DNA from: Candidatus Eiseniibacteriota bacterium
Lineage (GTDB): Bacteria; Eisenbacteria; RBG-16-71-46
Reading direction: 5' to 3'
NCBI GenBank assembly: GCA_963744995.1
Contig: CAVUWA010000002.1
Location: 1 to 64,000, forward strand
DNA length: 64,000 nucleotides
Numbering within the stretch: position 1 is the stretch's first letter; each line of letters starts with the position of its first letter. Below the pieces are notes generated by a model, which worked only from the letters and a program-made list of their open reading frames with translations, did no database searches and had not been told where the DNA came from. Below, one piece after another: positions 12,978 to 23,023 of the stretch. A program made the translations under genes and the position numbers.

Positions 12978-15976
12978 CCACCGACACCTCCGAACGCGGC
13001 CTCGAGCGGCTGATCTGCACGGCGCTGACCGGCTCGGCCTGCGATCCGGGGACGGTCCAAGGCCGACGCCGTCCGCGAGCGCCCGGCCGCCTACGGCGCG
13101 GGCTGGATCTGCGGCGCGCCCGAGGACTACGACCGCGAGTACTGCGTGGACCTCGCCCAGCTCTCGGCCTTCCTGCGCGAGACGCAGCCGGAGGTGGCCG
13201 ACGCGCTCGACCTCGGCCAGGACGGGCCGACGCGGCGCAAGTTCCTGGCGCGGCTCCAGGGCGAGATCACGAAGCGCGGCACCATCGACGTGCTGCGCCA
13301 CGGGCTCAAGCACGGGCCGCACCACCTCGACCTCTTCTACGGCACGCCCTCGCCGGGCAACGCCAAGGCGTCCGAGCGCTACGCCCAGAACCGCTTCAGC
13401 GTCACCCGCCAGCTCCGCTACAGCCGCGACGAGACGCAGCGCGCGCTCGACCTGGGCCTCTTCATCAACGGCCTGCCCGTCGCCACCTTCGAGCTGAAGA
13501 ACAGCCTGACCAAGCAGACGGTCGCCGACGCCGTCGAGCAGTACCAGCGCGACCGCGACCCGCGCGAGAAGCTCTTCGAGTTCGGCCGCTGCGTGGTGCA
13601 CTTCGCCGTGGACGACCACGAGGTGCGCTTCTGCACGCACCTCAAGGGCAAGGGCTCGTGGTTCCTGCCCTTCAACCAGGGCTGGAACGACGGCGCGGGC
13701 AACCCGCCCAACCCGAACGGCCTCAAGACCGACTACCTCTGGAAGCGCGTCCTCACCCGCGACGGCCTGACCGACATCCTCGAGAACTACGCGCAGGTCG
13801 TCGAGACCAAGGACGAGAAGACCGGCAGGAAGAAGGCGGTGCAGATCTGGCCGCGCTTCCACCAGCTCGACGTGGTGCGCCAGCTGCTCGCCGACGCGCG
13901 GGCGAGCGGCGCGGGCAGGCGCTACCTGATCCAGCACTCGGCGGGCAGCGGCAAGTCGAACTCGATCGCCTGGCTCGCGCACCAGCTCATCGGGCTCGAG
14001 AAGGACGAGGCGACGGTCTTCGACTCGATCATCGTCGTCACCGACCGCAGGATCCTCGACCAGCAGATCAAGGACACCATCAAGCAGTTCGCGCAGGTGG
14101 GCGCCACGGTCGGGCACGCCGAGCGACTCCGGCGACCTCGCGGAAGTTCATCGCCGAGGGGAAGAAGATCATCATCTCCACCGTGCAGAAGTTCCCGTTC
14201 ATCCTCGACGAGATCGGCGGCGAGCACCGCGGGCGGCGCTTCGCGATCATCATCGACGAGGCGCACTCGAGCCAGGGCGGGCGGACCTCGGCCGCGCTGT
14301 CGATGGCGCTCTCGACGGCCGGCGCCGAGGAGGACGACGAGACACTCGAGGACCAGATCAATCGGCTGATGGAGGCGAAGAAGCTCCTGCCGAATGCCAG
14401 CTACTTCGCCTTCACCGCCACGCCCAAGAACAAGACGCTCGAGATCTTCGGCGCGCCCGAGACCCAGGCCGACGGCACGGTGAAGCACCGGCCGTTCCAC
14501 AGCTACACGATGAAGCAGGCCATCCAGGAGGGCTTCATCCTCGACGTGCTCCGCAACTACACCCCGGTCGAGAGCTACTACAAGCTGGTCAAGAAGGTCG
14601 AGGGCGACCCCGAGTTCGACACCAAGCGGGCCCAGAAGAAGCTGCGCCGCTACGTCGAGAGCCACGACCACGCTATCCGGCTCAAGGCGGAGATCATGGT
14701 GGATCACTTCCACGAGCAGGTGCTTGCGCTGAACAAGATCGGGGGCGAGGCCCGCGCCATGGTGGTGACGAGCGGCATCGAGCGCGCCATCCAGTACTAC
14801 CACGCGATCCGCGACTATCTGGCCGAGCGCAAGAGTCGCTACAAGGCGATCGTCGCGTTCTCGGGCGAGCACGAGTACGGCGGCGCGAAAGTGAGCGAGG
14901 CGTCGCTCAACGGCTTCCCATCCAGCAAGATCGCCGAGAAGATCCAGGAGGACCCGTACCGCTTCCTCGTGTGCGCCGACAAGTTCCAGACGGGCTACGA
15001 CGAGCCACTGCTGCACACGATGTACGTGGACAAAGTGCTGTCGGGCATCAAGGCGGTGCAGACGCTCTCGCGGCTCAACCGTGCCCACCCGAAGAAGCAC
15101 GACGTGTTCGTGCTCGACTTCATGAACGATGCCGACACGATCCAGGAGGCCTTTGCGGACTACTACCGGACCACGATCCTTGCCGAGGAGACCGACCCCA
15201 ACAAGCTGCACGACCTAAAGGCGGCACTGGACGGCTATCAGATCTACGCCGAAGCGCAGGTGGAGGAGTTCGTGGCGCTCTATCTCGGCGGCGCGGATCG
15301 CGACCGGCTCGACCCTATCCTCGATGCCTGCGTCGCCGACTACCGCGAGCGCCTGGACGAAGATGGCCAGGTGGATTTCAAGGGCAAGGCCAAGGCCTTC
15401 CTGCGCGCGTACGGATTCCTCTCGTCGATCCTGCCCTACACGAACGCCGAGTGGGAGAAGCTCTCGATCTTCCTGACGTTCCTGGTCCCCAAGCTGCCGG
15501 CACCCGTCGAGGAGGACTTGTCGAAGGGCATCCTCGAAGCGATCGACATGGACAGCTACCGGGTCGAGAAGCAGGCGGTCGTAAGGATCCAGCTCCCTGA
15601 CGAGGATGCTGAGATCGAACCGGTGCCTACCACCGGCGGTGGCGGGAGGGCGGAACCGGAACTCGACCGTCTTTCGAACATCCTGAAGGCGTTCAACGAT
15701 CAATTCGGGAACATCGATTGGTCCGACGCCGATCGGGTACACAAGCTGATCACCGAGGACATCCCTCAGCGCGTGGCCGCTGACAGGGCCTACCAGAACG
15801 CGCGTCGGAACTCGGACAAGCAGAACGCTCGCATCGAACACGACAAAGCCCTGGCGCGGGTAATGACAGCTGTGCTGAAAGACGACACGGAGCTGTTTCG
15901 GCAATTCGCCGACAATGAGGGGTTTAGAAGGTGGATGCGAGACATGGTGTTTGATCTGACGTATGAGCAGCCCTGA
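12974..15976 (+). CDS. hsdR: Type I RM restriction subunit R (indels near 13060 and 14130)
   Basis: DLGLFINGLPVATFELKN nuclease motif, HSAGSGKS, IIDEAH, FTATP, KFQTGYD, QTLSRLNR. Confidence 0.95.
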   Translation: MTTDTSERGLERLICTALTGSACDPGTVQGRRRPRAPGRLRRGLDLRRARGLRPRVLRGPRPALGLPARDAAGGGRRARPRPGRADAAQVPGAAPGRDHEARHHRRAAPRAQARAAPPRPLLRHALAGQRQGVRALRPEPLQRHPPAPLQPRRDAARARPGPLHQRPARRHLRAEEQPDQADGRRRRRAVPARPRPAREALRVRPLRGALRRGRPRGALLHAPQGQGLVVPALQPGLERRRGQPAQPERPQDRLPLEARPHPRRPDRHPRELRAGRRDQGREDRQEEGGADLAALPPARRGAPAARRRAGERRGQALPDPALGGQRQVELDRLARAPAHRAREGRGDGLRLDHRRHRPQDPRPADQGHHQAVRAGGRHGRARRATPATSRKFIAEGKKIIISTVQKFPFILDEIGGEHRGRRFAIIIDEAHSSQGGRTSAALSMALSTAGAEEDDETLEDQINRLMEAKKLLPNASYFAFTATPKNKTLEIFGAPETQADGTVKHRPFHSYTMKQAIQEGFILDVLRNYTPVESYYKLVKKVEGDPEFDTKRAQKKLRRYVESHDHAIRLKAEIMVDHFHEQVLALNKIGGEARAMVVTSGIERAIQYYHAIRDYLAERKSRYKAIVAFSGEHEYGGAKVSEASLNGFPSSKIAEKIQEDPYRFLVCADKFQTGYDEPLLHTMYVDKVLSGIKAVQTLSRLNRAHPKKHDVFVLDFMNDADTIQEAFADYYRTTILAEETDPNKLHDLKAALDGYQIYAEAQVEEFVALYLGGADRDRLDPILDACVADYRERLDEDGQVDFKGKAKAFLRAYGFLSSILPYTNAEWEKLSIFLTFLVPKLPAPVEEDLSKGILEAIDMDSYRVEKQAVVRIQLPDEDAEIEPVPTTGGGGRAEPELDRLSNILKAFNDQFGNIDWSDADRVHKLITEDIPQRVAADRAYQNARRNSDKQNARIEHDKALARVMTAVLKDDTELFRQFADNEGFRRWMRDMVFDLTYEQP

Positions 15977-16703
15977 GCCGCGGACCGCAAGAACGCTGCC
16001 ACCAGAGGCAGCTTGTAGTTTCCGCGACGCGCTCAGGTCTGCGCGGACGGTTGCGCTGAGGGATGCGGAGGCATTCGATGGCATCGTTCACGCGATAGAA
16101 GCGCTTGGGCTGCAACTGAAGGGTCGCGTGGGGACTCTTGGCACCTATAAGGACGATCTCATCGCCTACGCGGAACGCTCGGGATGCGTGGACGCGCAGC
16201 GGCTTCGCCTGGTGCTCGAGAATCTGAGGGTCGGGAGGAACGACGCGGTGCACGTGGGTGCATTTGCGCGCACATTGACCCAGCATGCCGTAGAAGCAGC
16301 GCTGATGCTGGAGGATGCACTCATGAGCGAGGCAACGTGCGTCAGGGACTTCATGGTCTCCCCCGTGGTTCGCGCGTATGAATGGATGACGATTGGCGCC
16401 GTGCGACAATTGCTGCTCAGCAACTCGTTCTCCTGGCTTCCGGTCAGCCCTGGCTCAGAGTGGAAGTGGGTGTCGGACCAGGCCATCGCGCAGTTTCTGC
16501 GATCGGGTGGCGATTTCAGTCGTCAGAAGCGGCTCGCCACGCAGCTGGGAGAGGCCGGGCTTCCCCTCGAGCGGGCTGAATGGTGTCAGATGGAAGAGTC
16601 CCTTGGCGACGTCATCCGCCGTTTTGGTGGAAAGCCTCTCTTGGTTGCTGCGCCGACCGGCCCTGAGCCCATCGGGATCATCACGCCCTACGACTGCCTG
16701 TAG
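15963..16703 (+). CDS. Putative HEPN domain - CBS pair fusion protein
   Basis: Helical N-terminus with RNDAVH (Rx4H, aa 92-97); C-terminal CBS hallmarks VRDFMVSPVV, FSWLPV, IGIITPYD; overlaps hsdR stop. Confidence 0.7.
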   Translation: MSSPEPRTARTLPPEAACSFRDALRSARTVALRDAEAFDGIVHAIEALGLQLKGRVGTLGTYKDDLIAYAERSGCVDAQRLRLVLENLRVGRNDAVHVGAFARTLTQHAVEAALMLEDALMSEATCVRDFMVSPVVRAYEWMTIGAVRQLLLSNSFSWLPVSPGSEWKWVSDQAIAQFLRSGGDFSRQKRLATQLGEAGLPLERAEWCQMEESLGDVIRRFGGKPLLVAAPTGPEPIGIITPYDCL

Positions 16704-16706
16704 GCC

Positions 16707-17669
16707 ATGACCTCCTACCTCGCCATCACCGACTTCGACTGGTTCACCCACCTGCGCCAGCAGCCGAACCTCGACGAGGTCAACTTCTGGCAGCCGAGCT
16801 CGACGAACCTCCTCAACCCGCCGCCCGGCATGCCGTTCTTCTTCAAGCTGCGCGCGTCGCACGGCTCGCACATCGTCGGCTTCGGCTACTTCTCCTGGCG
16901 CTCGAAGCTGCCTGCCTGGATGGCGTGGGACTCCTTTGGCGAAGCCAATGGCGCCGCAACGAAGCACGAGATGCTGGAACGCATCGGCCGCCTGCGCCGC
17001 GACGACGTCATCGACTACACCGGCAAGTACGAGATCGGCTGTCTGCTGATCGCGCAGCCGATCTTCTTCGACGAAGCCGACTGGGTGCGCCCACCGGATG
17101 ACTGGTCCGGCAGTATCCAGCGGGGCAAGAGCTACGACATCGCCGAAGGCGAGGGGCGACGCATCTACATGGAGTGCATGGAGCGGGCTTCGCGCTACAC
17201 GAACGAGGCTCTGCCGGTCGCAGCCATTGGAGCACACGGCGATGCTGCCGCCGACCGTTTCGGCGAAGGTCGTCTCATCCGCCCACGCCTCGGTCAGGGC
17301 GGCTTCCGCGTCGCCGTCACCGACGTCTACGGCCGCCAGTGCGCGATCAGCACGGAACACTCGCTGCCCGCGCTCGAAGCCGCGCACATCCGCGGCTACG
17401 CCGAGGGCGGCGCCCACGACGTGCGCAACGGTCTGCTGCTCCGCGCCGACATTCACCGCCTCTACGACGCCGGCTTCGTGACGGTCACGGACGACTACCG
17501 CTTCAAGGTCAGCCACCGCCTGCGCGACGACTACTCCAACGGGCGGATCTACTACGAGCTGCAGGAGAGCATCGAACGCTCCGGGCACATCTATCTGCCG
17601 AAGAAGAAGGAGCACTACCCGGATCCGGAAGCGCTCGCATGGCATGTGCGGGAGAAGTTCGTGGGATAG
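16707..17669 (+). CDS. HNH endonuclease, predicted modification-dependent restriction enzyme
   Basis: FRVAVTDVYGRQCAIS...LEAAHI...NGLLLRADIHRLYD; N-terminal TDFDWF..EVNFWQP putative base-recognition domain. Confidence 0.9.
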   Translation: MTSYLAITDFDWFTHLRQQPNLDEVNFWQPSSTNLLNPPPGMPFFFKLRASHGSHIVGFGYFSWRSKLPAWMAWDSFGEANGAATKHEMLERIGRLRRDDVIDYTGKYEIGCLLIAQPIFFDEADWVRPPDDWSGSIQRGKSYDIAEGEGRRIYMECMERASRYTNEALPVAAIGAHGDAAADRFGEGRLIRPRLGQGGFRVAVTDVYGRQCAISTEHSLPALEAAHIRGYAEGGAHDVRNGLLLRADIHRLYDAGFVTVTDDYRFKVSHRLRDDYSNGRIYYELQESIERSGHIYLPKKKEHYPDPEALAWHVREKFVG

Positions 17670-17709
17670 CTGGTTGTCGGAAGGACCAAGACGGTAGCGG
17701 GGGCACAGA

Positions 17710-18435
17710 GTGGATTGCAGCGAAGTCATCGAACGACTGGCCGAATACCTCGACCATGATTGCTCGGCAGAAGTTGCCAGAGCGATCGAAGCGCATCTCG
17801 AACGTTGCGCGGATTGTCGCTTCGAGGTGGACACACTCAAGCAGACGATCATTCTATATCAGAACGACGAGCCCGAACCCCCTGCGCCCAAGCCGACTCC
17901 CAAGAGCCCCGATGTGGATCACTGCCTCGTGGCAGCGCTGGCAGTTCTGCGGGAAGGCTACTCACGACATGCGTTCTACCAGGAGAGGGACATCGTCTGG
18001 ATGTTGCAGCGCTTCTTGAAGCGTCTGTGTCCCGACGGGCACAGGGTCTTCAATGATTTCCCCATCAGGCACGGCGCGCGGCGGAGTCTTTCTGCTGACC
18101 TTGCCATCGTCGACATCACCGGCCGGCCACGGCTGGTGGTGGAAGTGAAATATGAGCCCGATCATCGGCGGGGTGGTCCAGAGGGCGACATCTGGCCCAC
18201 GAAGCTCAATCCCTCGGTCGTGTTCTGGGGAGCCGAAGGCGTCTGCGGTGACGTCGAGCGCGTTCGTGGATTCGTGGCCGACGAGCTGGCGGACGTCGCA
18301 TGCTCCGTCTTCGTGGACGAGGGTGGGCACTTTCGCCATCGCGAGCCGCCACCCGGGGCGAAGTGGGTGGATTGGCAGGTCGACGGTGATCCAGAGAGAG
18401 TCGTCAGCGTGCTCGTGAGCCGCTTCGCGAGGTGA
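17710..18435 (+). CDS. zf-HC2 (ZAS anti-sigma finger) fused to PD-(D/E)XK-like domain
   Basis: MDCSEV..LAEYLD...HLERCADC; Pro-rich linker; QERD...ADLAIVD...VVEVKY. Confidence 0.7.
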   Translation: MDCSEVIERLAEYLDHDCSAEVARAIEAHLERCADCRFEVDTLKQTIILYQNDEPEPPAPKPTPKSPDVDHCLVAALAVLREGYSRHAFYQERDIVWMLQRFLKRLCPDGHRVFNDFPIRHGARRSLSADLAIVDITGRPRLVVEVKYEPDHRRGGPEGDIWPTKLNPSVVFWGAEGVCGDVERVRGFVADELADVACSVFVDEGGHFRHREPPPGAKWVDWQVDGDPERVVSVLVSRFAR

Positions 18436-18605
18436 GATTGGGTCGCGTGGCGGCGCGATACTGATTGAACGCGCCCAGGTGTCGAGTAAGACGACACTCT
18501 CGCACACGAGGCGGAAGAGTGCGGCGTTATTGCTGTGCACCTGCCACGGCTGAAGTGCCAAGCGCGCAGGCCACTGCGCGAGGCGCACCCGCTCTTTACA
18601 CCCCC

Positions 18606-18620
18606 CGGCACGCATCCTGC
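18606..18620 (+). promoter_or_regulatory. Putative sigma54 -24/-12 promoter
   Basis: CGGCAC-GCATC-CTGC, 55 nt upstream of ATG 18676. Confidence 0.55.
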
Positions 18621-18675
18621 GACCCCAGCCCCCCGCTCGCTCTGATCGAACCTCCTCCAGCGTTGGGGGGTCGCA

Positions 18676-21010
18676 ATGCTCGCACGATGGTCAGCGACGC
18701 TCATCCTGTGTTCAGTTGCACTAATCGCCGGCGCGGATCGGAACACGTCGGCTGCCGCTGAGCGCTTCGTCCCGGTGGGTGCGATGGCCTCCGGCGACTT
18801 CTTCCTCCCGACACTCGCCCCCGACGCCCCCACCGCCTTCCCGCCCCTCTCCAACAACGCCCCACACGTCTGGACCGAACTCCCGCCCATCTGGCGCAGC
18901 GGCCACTCGCTGGTCTACGACAGTCGCCGCGATCGGTTCCTGGTGATCGGCGGCCCTTCGGATGAGCTGTGGCAATTCCGTACGCGCCCGGGCCCGGATG
19001 CCGCGTGGCGGCGGTTCAGCGGCAAGGGGGAGGGGCCGCTGGACTGCGGCGCGGCCGTCTACGACGCCGCGCAGGATCGGTTGCTGGTGTACGGGCTCAT
19101 CGAACAGAAGTCGGGCGGGCGTCTGGGAACTGCCGCTGGACCCGTCGGGTCACTGGAAACTGGTGAACGATGATCCGGCGATCCCGCCGCATTCGTACCT
19201 CAGCCCCCGGCTGGCCCTCGACGCACACAAAGATCGGCTGCTTCTGCTCGGTGTGGGGCAGCCAGACATATGGCAGGTCGGGCTGACCCGCGCCGTCCCG
19301 ACCCGCGTCATCGCGACGGGCCCGCTATCGACCATCCCGACAATGGCATTCGACGCTGCAAGCGAAGTGCTCTTCCTCGTCGACACCTACGGCACGGCCC
19401 ATCCGCTCGACCTGTCCGGCGATCCCGTCTGGCAGCCGGCGGTCGAGCAGGACAGTCCGGCCTCCTGGGCCCGAAACGGCACGCGCGTGGTTCTGGACCC
19501 CGTGGCGCGTGAACTTCTGGTCGTTGATTGCGGTTCGTACAGCGCACCCGTGCGCGCCCTGTCGCTGGATACGCGCAAGTGGCGGTCGGCCTCCAGCGGG
19601 TATTCGCCCATCTACCAACGATTGGACTTCGCCGCGGTCTTCGATCCGATCGGAGGCTGCATCCTTTTGCACGGCGGCTACAGGGACTCAGGGGGCACGT
19701 TCTCCGGAATCGATGGAGTTCGATCCCCGCGGAGCGGGAAGCTGGCGAGCGCTCGACCCGTGGTCGGGCGGCGAGCGTCAGAATCTCCCCGCCGTCATCG
19801 ATCCTGTTCGCGATCGCATGATCCTCGTCGCCCGCCAGGATTCGTGGCGGCCCGATCTCGTCAATGGCGCTCTTCTGACTCGCGACCTCACGCGCGACGA
19901 CGCCGGCATGACGAGTGTGGCCCCGAATGTGCCGCTGCCTTCCACATGGGAACGGGGTCGAGTCGATGTTCTTCGATCGCAGGCGCGACCGGGTCTTCAC
20001 GCTCGGCTCTGCGGCGGGCGACCCACTGCAACTGTGGGAGACCTCCGCCGAAGGCGCGCCGGAATGGCATGGTCATGACCTCGTCGGCGAAAGCCCCTAC
20101 GGCTACACCACGCTCGCCTACGACGAACACGGCGATCGACTGCTGGCGTTCTCCGATGATTACCCTGGGGCGCCGTCTTCGATGGACGTCTTCGAGCTGC
20201 CGCTTGCGACGCTCGAGTGGCGGCGCTTCGACTACGAGGGCCCTGCGCCGTACGCGTTCGGCTCGGCGTTCTACGACGAACAGCGCGACTGCGCCTGGTT
20301 CTACTGGCGCGGCGACAGCCTGTATCGGGCCGACTTCGAAGGGCAGCGGGTGCACGTGATCGGGATGGCGATCGAGAACGGGTCGCCGGACTTCTTCACG
20401 GCGCCGCTGTTCTTCGACCCGGCTGGCTCGCGCATCGTCGGGTTCAGAGTGTCCCGCCACAACTACCGGAGCAGCATCTTCGACGACCTCGTCGTGCTGG
20501 ACATCGGCCCGCATCTCGAGTGGGAACGCCAGCGGACGACGGGGCGCGCACCGGCCTCGCGCTATCAGCACTCGATCGTCTACGACGAAGCGCGGCGCCG
20601 GATCATCATCTTCGGCGGCTACGACGACGGATGGCTGTACTTCGACAACATCCTTCGCGCTGTCGCTGCGCGGAATGGGCCTCGCGAATCGGTCGGCGAA
20701 GGTCTCGCGGGACGCCGCCACGCCGGGCGGTGGCCCGGGGCTCTCCGTACAGCTCGCGGGCGGCTCTGGCAGCGCCGTGACGGGTGCGTTGGACGTCAGA
20801 TACGGGCTTGCCGACGACGGCCCCGCCCGCCTCGACGTCATCGATGTCGCGGGCCGGCGCGTGGTCTCGCGCCATCTGAATGCAACGGTTAGCGCGCGCA
20901 CCGGGACCCTGCGGCTCGCCACAGCAGGGGGCCTGCCGTCCGGCGTGTACTTCGTGGTGCTGCGACAGGCAGGCGTCGAACGATCCGCTCGTGTCGTGGT
21001 GCTGAAGTGA
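18676..21010 (+). CDS. Secreted Kelch-like beta-propeller protein with FlgD-Ig/T9SS-like tail (about four indels)
   Basis: Signal peptide; repeated HSLVYDSRRDRFLVIGG / HSIVYDEARRRIIIFGG units across frames; tail LDVIDVAGRRV...LPSGVYFVVL...RVVVLK. Confidence 0.8.
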
Positions 21011-21080
21011 AGAGCCGCATGGCCACCGCCGCCACACGGCTCGCAACAGGCGGCCGACGCGCCGCCGAATCGAGGTCGAC

Positions 21081-22774
21081 ATGAAGATCCCGACCATTGC
21101 AACGCTCTTCCTGATGCTCGCCGCCACCACTGCGTCGGCGACCAGCACCCTCGTCCCCGACGACTACCCCACGATCCAGCAGGCCATCGATTCCGGCGCG
21201 GACACGGTCGTCGTCAGGGATGGAACGTACGATGAAGACCTCACGGCGCCGGACGATCTCGTGCTGCTGGCGTATTCGCCCGGTGGCTACTCGCAATTCA
21301 ATGCACCGGTTGTAGGCGGACTGTCGGCGGCCGCCGATATCGCTGCCGAGGGTATCCGCTTCACGGGCCCCGTCGTCGTTGCGGATGCCCCGTCCTTTGG
21401 CAATTTCTTCAGCCGGTTCGACGCCTGCCGATTCGATGCCGCCCTTGGCTACGGCGAACGGTTACCAAGCCTTCCTCTACGTGCGTGGCTGCATGTTTCT
21501 CGCCGATTCTCATGTCGATCCCCTACAGCTCCGAGTTCGTGAACAACACGTTCATCAATGCGTCTCTGGATGCCACCTACGAAGGCTACGCGCGCTACAT
21601 CGGCAATGCATTCGTAGGATCCGGGGCGTTTGGACTCCGAGCGACAGGCGGCGATGGCGGCGTGACCATTTCGGGAAACCTGGTGACGGGAAGAGTCGAT
21701 GGCATCGTGGTCCTCTATCCGTCGGGGGTCGATGTCACCGCCAATACGGTCGAGGACTGCGCGGGTATTGGGTTCAAGGCCCTCAGGCCGACAGGAACGT
21801 TGATTGGGCAAATCAATTTCACCGACAATCTCGTGCGCAACTGCGGGGGAGATGGCTTCAATCTCGATCGCGCGGGGGGTGCTTTCGTCGGGAACGTGGT
21901 CGACAGCGTCGCGGGCGATGGCCTGCGCTGGGCGAACGTGCCCATGTACAGCATCGTCGCGAACGACATTCGACACACCGGCGGGCAGGGAATCGCCAGC
22001 GACGCGGTGGTCATGACCCTCAGTCGCAACACGATTCTGGATACGGGTGGCGATGGCGTCGCCGTCGGGGCCGTCTTCCACGCCGACAGCAACGTCATTG
22101 GTCGAGCCGGGGGCAAAGGCCTGTCGATCACCACCACCAACGAGGGCAGTATCCGCTGGAACACGGTGTACCTCTGCGCGGACGACGGTTTCTTCCTCAA
22201 CAGCGTCAGCACCGACACCCTGACCAACAACATCGCCTACGCCAACAACGGCGCCGGCTTCGCCTTCACCGGAACGGGAACGCCAGTGCTCTCCTGCAAC
22301 GACTGGCACGCGAACACCGGCGGCGCCACGTCGGGCGTCGCGCCCGGGGCCACCGACATGGACGTGGATCCGCTGTTCTGCAACGTCGCCCTGGACGACG
22401 TCCAGCTCAGCGCCGCATCACCGCTGCTCAACGCGCCGGGCTGCGGTCAGATCGGCGCGCTGGGCGAGGGATGCGCCGCCTCGGTTTCGGTCGGTCCCGG
22501 CTCCGGCCATGAGGCCTTCGCGCTGCGCGTGTTCCCGCAGCCGACGCACGGCGGCGTGACGTTCGCGTGGTCCGGCGGCGCGGGTGCCGTGGAGCTCGAA
22601 GTCTTCGACGTCACGGGCGCGCGCCACTGGCAGGCGACGGTGCCGGCCGAGACGCACTCGTTGACGTGGGACCTCGGCGATGCTCGCGGCGCGCGCCTGC
22701 CGCCCGGCGTCTACTGGGCGCGCGTGGCGGCCCGGGGCGAGGTCCGAAGCAGCAGGTTCGTCGTCGTGCAGTAA
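21081..22774 (+). CDS. Secreted right-handed parallel beta-helix protein with FlgD-Ig-like tail (indel near 21460)
   Basis: Signal peptide, VPDDYPTIQQAID, Asn-ladder repeats, DPLFC, VFPQP...FDVTG...LPPGVYW. Confidence 0.85.
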
Positions 22775-22793
22775 CGGTGGGGTGCGGGGCGCG

Positions 22794-22946
22794 CTACTGC
22801 ACCACCACGGCGCGCCTCGTCGCCCTTTCCGGCTCCCTGGGTGAGCTCCACCAGATAGAGACCCGGCGCGAGTCTCGCGACGTCGCGGAGCGGCACCCGC
22901 ACCGCGTGCACGCCGTCACTGCGGACGCATCGACCGCGCGCGCCCT
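22794..22946 (-). pseudogene. Orphan remnant of a C-terminal sorting domain
   Basis: GRCVRS.GVHAVRVPLRDVARLAPGLYLVELTQGAG then, after removing one base, KATRRAVVVQ-stop; no upstream body or start. Confidence 0.55.
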
Positions 22947-23023
22947 GTGCTAGTCTCCCGCCTGTATACACACCATCACACGACACGGCGCCCGACCACG
23001 TCTCCGCCGCTCGAGAGTGCACG

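Noticed and set aside
3965..18435. Defence island as an integrative or transposable element
   Set aside because: No integrase, transposase, tRNA target or flanking direct repeats recognised
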